A stretch of DNA of 64,000 nt from Hormiphora californensis (lineage: Eukaryota; Animalia; Ctenophora): positions 1,302,001 through 1,366,000 of the forward strand of contig CM035353.1 in the NCBI GenBank assembly GCA_020137815.1, given 5' to 3'. Below, piece by piece: positions 57,348 through 64,000 of this stretch (position 1 is its first letter; each line of letters begins with the position of its first letter). Below the pieces are notes generated by a model, which saw only the letters and a list, made by a program, of their open reading frames with translations, did not search any database and was not told the origin of the DNA. The position numbers and the translations under genes were made by a program.

Positions 57348-57902
57348 TTGGCCACATTGATGCCTGAGTGAGATCGAGGTCGCGCAGCGACCGAGATCGA
57401 TCTCACATCTAGGCCTCCGGCGCGTTATTGATTTTAGAGCAAACTTTTTCAAAGACCTGGCTGCAAGGAACTACTGAACCGATTTGCATCTCGTTTGTTG
57501 CTCCTGGCAGATAATTGTCTCTAGTTTTACGGAAAATACCCGCGAGTATCAGCATTTGAGGAATAGTGGGTCAAAATTGACGCTAAACATGAGCAATTCT
57601 TTAAAGACCTAGCTGCAAGCTCCTACTCGGTCCTGGGACAATCTGCGGATACTGGGTGAATCGTCATGGCCTTGTGAGTATGGGAAAATACCCGCCGATA
57701 CATCAAAGTGCCAATTGAGGCGGTAATTGGGGTTTTGGTAGTGCTATGTGGGCTAAAAATGCCTGCTAAAACAGTATATCACGCGCGATTTGACAGTCCC
57801 ACTGCTGAAAACGTGCTTTACATGGCGCGCACGTGAGTTCTTGCTCTCAACGGACCGGGATCCTATTATTCGCGGAGCGAGAATAGGATGCGATGGATCC
57901 AA
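57348..57902. mobile_element. 555-bp TTGG...CCAA element with 9-bp TSD and subterminal hairpins (B)
   Basis: TSD CTACTATAC at 57339-57347 and 57903-57911, inside a ~45-bp tandem repeat. Confidence 0.75.
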
Positions 57903-57997
57903 CTACTATACCAGCTAGATATTAATCCACTCTATCTAGCAACTACTATACACCAGCTAGATATATTAATCCACTCTATCTAGCTCTCTAACGAAAC

Positions 57998-59002
57998 ATG
58001 ATGACGAGGACACCCAAGTTTTCAGAGGGGGATAGTTTTGATAATTCCCCTCCCTCTTCCTCGGAGGGAGCCGCTCTGACACTTTCCGGTAGTAGGTCTT
58101 CTGAGGAGGGTATCGTGTTAGCCAAGAGGAGTCGGTGCAGGGTGGGGTGCAGGGTTACAAACAGGTATCTGGCCACCAAACACAGCAGCAGCAGCTCAGA
58201 TGAAGACAATAACTGGGATGAGGATGAGGTGGTGGAGAGATCGGGACAGGAAGTCAACAAGAATTGGGTTGATGATGATGAGGAGAGATCAGAACAAAAC
58301 GGTTCTTGTAAGGATGACAGTCCGTCCCCGGGATCGAGGAGTACTGTAACACGATCATTCACCCATCCTCTCCCAGAGTCCCCATCCCCCTCCCCGATTG
58401 AGGCTACACGAAGGTTCACTCTCCCTGCTATGTTGATAACCCACCATGCTGGTGGTGATAGTGATACCATTGAGCAGGATGTTGTTGATATTGTCCCTGG
58501 AGGGAGGAGACTGGCAAGATGCCAGAAATTCAACGCAGAACAGCTGGTGGATAGGAGGAGAGCACTGAGAAGGAAACCTCGACAATCCGTCCCATCTCAG
58601 TTCCCCGCTGATCAGCCGGCCAGTACTCGCTTGGCAGCCCGACGGAATACTTCCAACCCCGCCGCGATCATGCAGCGCAGTGTGAGCCGTAGTGCTGACG
58701 ATCTGATATCAACATGTGATCAAGGGGAGGGAAAAGTAATCGGGAGCACTACAATAACAGATTGGACGTTCATGCCCCATCAAAATACACGCAGGATATC
58801 ATCCTCAGCAACCCTAGGTCCTGGTAATATGTCCGATATACCGGTCTACTCACCACGGACCCGCCGCCGTATGTCCAACATGATTCTAACGGGTGTCTCG
58901 GCACTTGGAGATACACTTACCAGCGTGCTATCTAGATCTAGCTCGAACCTATTGGATGTTGGAGAAAGTCCAACGTCCCCAGGCTCTCCCGCCGAGATAC
59001 AG
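57998..59002 (+). CDS. Putative proximal alternative first coding exon (MMTRTPKF...AEIQ) with a GC donor
   Basis: 335 open codons. CAG|GCACGT resembles the GC-AG consensus CAG|GCAAGT and is phase 0 to the acceptor at 59315. Confidence 0.65.
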
Positions 59003-59315
59003 GCACGTTATATTGCTCCTTCATAAATGTTTCTGTCGCTCATTGTACATGTTTTGTATGTCACCTGATGCTCATATGTTGTGTATTTTTGTCCTGCCCC
59101 TCCCCCTCACTGTGTTATCTGTCCAAGCTGTTCTCGTTCCTATCTGTCGTCTGACGTCACACCCCAACAGAGTAACAATATCAACTCCCCCTCCCTCCCC
59201 CAGCAATTGGCAGCTGGCTCCCGTTTCCAATTCCAACTCTTATCAAATACAACAATGACGTTTATCTCTCTGTCTCTCCCACGCTTTGTGGCTAACATTC
59301 CTCTCTTTTCTCCAG

Positions 59316-62252
59316 GCAAAATCAATATCAGAACAATTAGAAAGAATTCAGGGGTCCCTTCCAGACCCCAACAGAGGATTACCTCGTCTAGAATACGCCA
59401 CCCTCGAGGAAATTCTACCGGAGTCAGTCCTCAGGGTTAGTCATCGTAATTTCTGTACATTAATAATTGATATATTTATGTTTCGGTGTTATTTACTCAC
59501 CAGCTCCCTCTTTTCCCAATAGGATATCTAACCCTCCCTCTTTCCCCTCTAGGATATCGCCCAGACCGCCCAAAAAGACCAGCAATACCTTATATGGGAA
59601 CTAGTGACGACAGAACACAGTCATCTGAAACAACTATCAGCGATGATCAACACATTCAAAGAGGCAATGGAGAGATTACAATTGGATGGATTTCTTTCCA
59701 AGATAGACAAGAACGTACTATTTTTGAATATCGAGGACATCAGAAATGTGCATCTAAGTTTCTGGGACCACTGCATACAACGACTCATTGATGCTGTAAG
59801 TACCTGACACCATTTCAATTAATCTAAATTGGTAGCCATACCAATGCAGTAGCTTCTACCATTTTAACAGTTAGATGATTTTATCTGACTCCCCGCAATG
59901 TCCCAGCTGACCCTGACTCCCCGCAATGTCCCAGCTGACCCTGACTCCCCGCAATGTCCCAGCTGACCCTGACTCCCCGCAATGTCCCAGCTGACCCTGA
60001 CTCCCCGCAATTTCCCAGCTGACCCTGACTCCCCAATATGTCCCCTGACCCTGACTCCCCAATGTCCCCCCCCTTCAGGTTAAAGAGACAGGTGACCCTC
60101 TTGATGTTGATATTCTGGCAGAATGCCAATGTGCTCTATTTGAGAAGGAGGACAACCCTTTATTCGACTACTGCACTGAGGTCTTAGCAAGCAAGGATTA
60201 CATGAAGGGACGCCAAGAAAAGAGCACAGATTTCAAAGATTTCGTAGAGTGGTGTGACAATCACCTGCGGGTCAATCTGAACAATAAACTGGGTATGGAA
60301 TCAATGCTGATCCTGGTCATCCAGAGGATACAACGGTATCCAATCATCCTAGAAAACATCCTCAAGAAAACAACCGACCAAACATCTAAAATCAACCTTC
60401 ACCGATTCGTAAGTTCCAATATTTTGATGATAATATGATTCCATTACATAATTGATTTACAACCTGATTTCGCATACTATGATAAACGACCCGCCTGGTA
60501 TCATGATAACTGCTAACCCTTCCTCCCTCTCTCCCTCTCAGTACACGAAAGTCAATCAGTTTGTTAAGAGTCTGGACATGCGCATGGAGGAGAAAGAGGA
60601 ACAGAGGAAGATTGCAGGTGTGAAGGAGAGGATAGAGAGTTACAATGCTGTGACAGTCCATACCTCACATGTCAACGAACAAGTACAGCAGGTGAATAGA
60701 ACACACATCCCCCTCCCCATCGAGTGACACACCTCAGCTACTTTTCTACCTCCTAAATGGTCTCATATATAATATGCTGTGTCCGCTCCAGTATTACAGC
60801 TTGTTATTCTCTCTCGGCCCCCTCTCGCATATATCTCCAACAACAAACCCCCTCTCCCCCCTCCCCCTCTCTCCATATATCTCTAACAACAAACCCCCCT
60901 TCTCCCAGGTCCTGGATAAATACAACAAGTTCGAGTTGACGGACATGGATCCCGTGTTGAGGAAACAACGTCGCTTCCTCCAAGAGTACACTTGCAAGAT
61001 GGTGCCTCTTTGTGAACACAAAACAAACGAGATGAATGTAACGCTGTTCTTGTTTAGCGATCATATCCTAGTGACTAAACAGAAGACTAAACAGAAGAGG
61101 ACTAAAATCATCAAGCAGGTGTGTGAGCAATCTTTGTTCTCCAGCATAACTGTAATGTTGGTCACTGATTTATGTTCAATTGTTTCCTAACCCCCCGGTA
61201 TGTTTTCCAATTGTTTCCTAACCCCCCGGTATGTTTTCCAATTGTTTCCTAGCCCCCCGGTCTGTTATCCAATTGGTTCCTAACCCCCCGGTATGTTTTC
61301 CAGCCCCTCACCCTGGACCGTGTTGTGATCGAGGAGATGAAGGAGCAGAACAACACAATTCTCCTGGCATACCTGAATGAGTATGGAACTCTCCTCGATG
61401 TGTTCATGTTGCATAGCAACGGGGTGGAACCACACATTCGACTGTTGAATGAAATCAACGCTGCAAAGGTATACACAGCCATAACATAATCCAAATAAGC
61501 TGCACTAGGTCCTATATTGGAACCGTAATTGCCTCGGCTTGGAATGTAAAACAACGATGTGTCCCCCCCCCCAACAATAATAACACCCCCCCCCCCTCCA
61601 GGATCGATATGAGACAGAGAAGAAGAGGATGGCGACAGAGGTTGACAGGGGTGGTCAGATAGAGGTTGATAGTGGTGGTGGTGGGATTGAAGATCCCCAT
61701 CTCCCATCCACCTCCTCCTCCTCCTCCTTCGTCACATCTCCCTCGTCCCGCCTCGCAACCAATACCAACATCACCCGCTCCTCCTCCGAGCACTACCCCA
61801 CCTCTCGACGTGTCAACACCGAACCATCAGTATCCCGGGTCCAGAGCATGCCGGCGAGCAATGAGAAGCGGCCTGCTGGTCTCCACCCCCCTCCCATATC
61901 CTCCTCATCCTCCTCCGCCAGTAGTAGTATATCGGGAAGCTCTGTTTCCGTAGCCAGCGAACACTCAGTAGCAGGTAGCAGCTCCTCAACGGAAGGGAGC
62001 AGCTGCTCCAAATCGGCTGTAACTCTGAGCGAGATTAAGGAGAAACCGAGTGATGGCAATGATTCGGATGAGGCCACGTTAAAGTGTAATATTGTCGATC
62101 CGGAATCAGTTAAAAAGTTGAACGACAATTTTATAAACCTCGATATTAATAAAGACTCACCAGATCACGGGTTAAGGGCTAAAAACGATAGACATTTGAC
62201 GGAGAAGGACTTCGATAAATTATTTCTAACGAATAACAGTACTGACACGTGA
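59316..62252 (+). CDS. Core exons of a DH-PH Rho guanine nucleotide exchange factor (PLEKHG5/PLEKHG6-like): 59316-59435, 59553-59795, 60079-60408, 60542-60691, 60909-61118, 61304-61468, 61602-62252
   Basis: All six introns are GT-AG and phase 0, and the exons join into one open frame. DH motifs: QQYLIWELVTTEHSHLKQL, LFLNIEDIRNVHLSFW, FVEWCD, IQRIQRYPIILENILKKT. PH motifs: TLFLFSDHILVTK, IIKQPLTLDRV, LAYLNEYG. A Ser-rich tail ends NNSTDT-stop. Family assignment is from recalled PLEKHG5 motifs. Confidence 0.9.
59885..60070. repeat. 28-bp tandem repeat abutting acceptor 60078
   Basis: CTGACTCCCCGCAATGTCCCAGCTGACC units. Confidence 0.9.
61177..61303. repeat. 31-bp tandem repeat x4 ending in acceptor 61303
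   Basis: CCAATTGTTTCCTAACCCCCCGGTATGTTTT units. Confidence 0.9.
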
Positions 62253-62596
62253 TAACTGCACTGGTGTAATCTATCGAGGATAGAGGAAGAGAGAGAGAGG
62301 TATAGAGTGGACCTTCCTTTTTTGTACACCCCATTTCATTTTCACGCGAGAGAGAGAGCTGTGTTCATGACCTGTCTGGCGCCGCAGACCCCATCTGAGC
62401 GCACTGTCGCTTTGAGAATCAAATCGGGGTCTGGCCAGACAGTTCATCATGAGCCAAATCAGGGCGGCGGGCGGGAGGTACCATCTTTTGATTACAGCAC
62501 TGGCACCGAATTGTCCTGCATCTGAGCTCTATTTGGCCTATCTTTTTTGTGTGCTGTTTTGTGCGCTGGATATTTGTTTGCCCCAATTGTATGTAC

Positions 62597-62705
62597 CAGG
62601 AACCGACCGAATCAGGAAATACTGGTCCCTGATTGGCTGATAACCAGTCACATGACCTAAATAACGAGTTCTGATTGGTTGTTTACTTGTTTCGGTCGGT
62701 TCCTG
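62597..62705. mobile_element. Complete 109-bp hAT-type MITE
   Basis: TIR CAGGAACCGACCGAA; 8-bp TSD GTATGTAC (62589-62596, 62706-62713); internal CCAAT boxes. Confidence 0.88.
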
Positions 62706-63348
62706 GTATGTACTACCAGACCGTGCTATAATAACAGCTCAGAACCATACGCGCGGTCAGGTAGGTTATTACTTTGCTGGGTATTATATTCAGGGTGTTT
62801 TGTGAGGGGACTGCTACATAATATCGGGGTGCTACATGTTGCGATGTGCTCTGTTGAGAGGGGTGCTAGGGTGTTCATATAATAAAGTTGAGTAACTGCG
62901 TTACCACATGTGGAGAGGTGGTACTTGCGGGAATTATTTTACCAAAAAATCAGCTCACAATTCTGTTAGATAGTGCTGAACTTTTCTCACGCGCTTCGCT
63001 CTGTGCGAGTGGAGCGAGGAGAGAGTTCAGGCATCGCACTGACAATGGCACGTACCAATATGGTACTGAAATGAAGGGAGGGTATAGCCACGTGTGTTTT
63101 ACTTTGTTTTGCTGGAAATTTAACTTTCACTTAAAAGTTTTTCAATAATATATTATCCCATACCCCATTGTGTAAATACACTGCTATTTATAAGAAGCTT
63201 GTCTTTGTAATTTAAATTGATCATGATGAAGTGATATAATGATAAAATCCTGCGAGTTTTCCGCTTCTTTGAACAAAAAACCCTACAAAAATTAAATATC
63301 ATTGCCGCTCACTATTTGGCCCCTTAATTCATAATTATTAATTATGAC

Positions 63349-63460
63349 ATGGATCACAAACGCACATATCTCGAAGCGAAGATAGGTGGCAATGGCACTG
63401 CACTAACACCGACAGTGTCGGTCCGACACCACCATTGCATAACATTCTGTACCGTACCGG
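63349..63460 (+). CDS. Possible first exon of a downstream gene (MDHKRTYLEAKIGG...)
   Basis: ATG after an AT-rich stretch, open to a strong G|GTAAGA donor; no recognisable domain. Confidence 0.3.
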
Positions 63461-63488
63461 GTAAGAGGAGAGTGCAGTGCACATAACT

Positions 63489-64000
63489 TGTCTAGTGTCT
63501 GTCTGGCGGCGCCATACCCTGTCTAGTATCTGTCTGGTGGCGCCATATTCCTGTCTTGTGTCTGTCTGGTGGCACCATATCCTGTCTAGTGTCTGTCTGG
63601 CGGCGCCATACCCTGTCTAGTGTCTGCCTGGCGGCGCCATACCCTGTCTAGTGTCTGTCTGGCGGCGCCATACCCTGTCTAGTGTCTGTCTGGCGGCGCC
63701 ATATTCCTGTCTTGTGTCTGTCTGGTGGCACCATATCCTATCTAGTGTCTGTCTGGAGCGCCATACCCTGTCTAGTGTCTGTCTGGCGGCGCCATACCCT
63801 GTCTTGTGTCTGTCTGCCGGCGCCATACCCTGTCTAGTGTCTGTCTGGCGGCGCCATACCCTGTCTAGTGTCTGTCTGGCGGCGCCATACCCTGTCTAGT
63901 GTATGTCTGGCGGCGCCATACCCTGTCTAGTGTCTGTCTGGCGGCACCATACCCTGTCTAGTGTCTGTCTGGCGGCGCCATACCCTGTCTAGTGTCTATC
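63489..64000. repeat. ~31-bp minisatellite running off the window
   Basis: TGTCTAGTGTCTGTCTGGCGGCGCCATACCC units. Confidence 0.92.

Noticed and set aside
57336-57911. Element B as a Helentron/DINE or an 11-bp-TSD insertion
   Set aside because: The TTGG...CCAA plus 9-bp TSD reading matches element A exactly, although the surrounding tandem repeat leaves some ambiguity.
63489-64000. Regular ~31-bp repeats as a CRISPR array
   Set aside because: Head-to-tail units without unique spacers, no cas genes, eukaryotic context.

Overview
Eukaryotic (animal) draft-assembly DNA with AG microsatellites, two 100-N gaps and several homopolymer-garbled low-quality tracts. A ctenophore such as Pleurobrachia is my guess, from recalling that the 109-bp MITE's translation (QPIRTRYLGHVTGYQPIR) occurs in its gene models; I have not verified this. 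Almost the whole window is one + strand gene, a PLEKHG5/6-like DH-PH RhoGEF. Its catalytic exons lie at 59.3-62.3 kb and appear to be fed by about six alternative N-terminal exon modules that all end in phase-0 donors. The introns hold: a LOA/Lian-like RNase H LINE split by an Academ-like MITE; a CR1/L2-group LINE; two adjacent near-identical non-autonomous Helitron-like units; a 4.4-kb palindromic Penelope insertion with hammerhead-like motifs and a 12-bp TSD; Tc1/mariner fold-back elements; a pogo-like MITE; and six copies of a hAT MITE. The most novel-looking signal is two sequence-dissimilar ~560-bp elements sharing TTGG...CCAA ends, 9-bp TSDs and a hairpin about 11 nt inside each end instead of proper TIRs.
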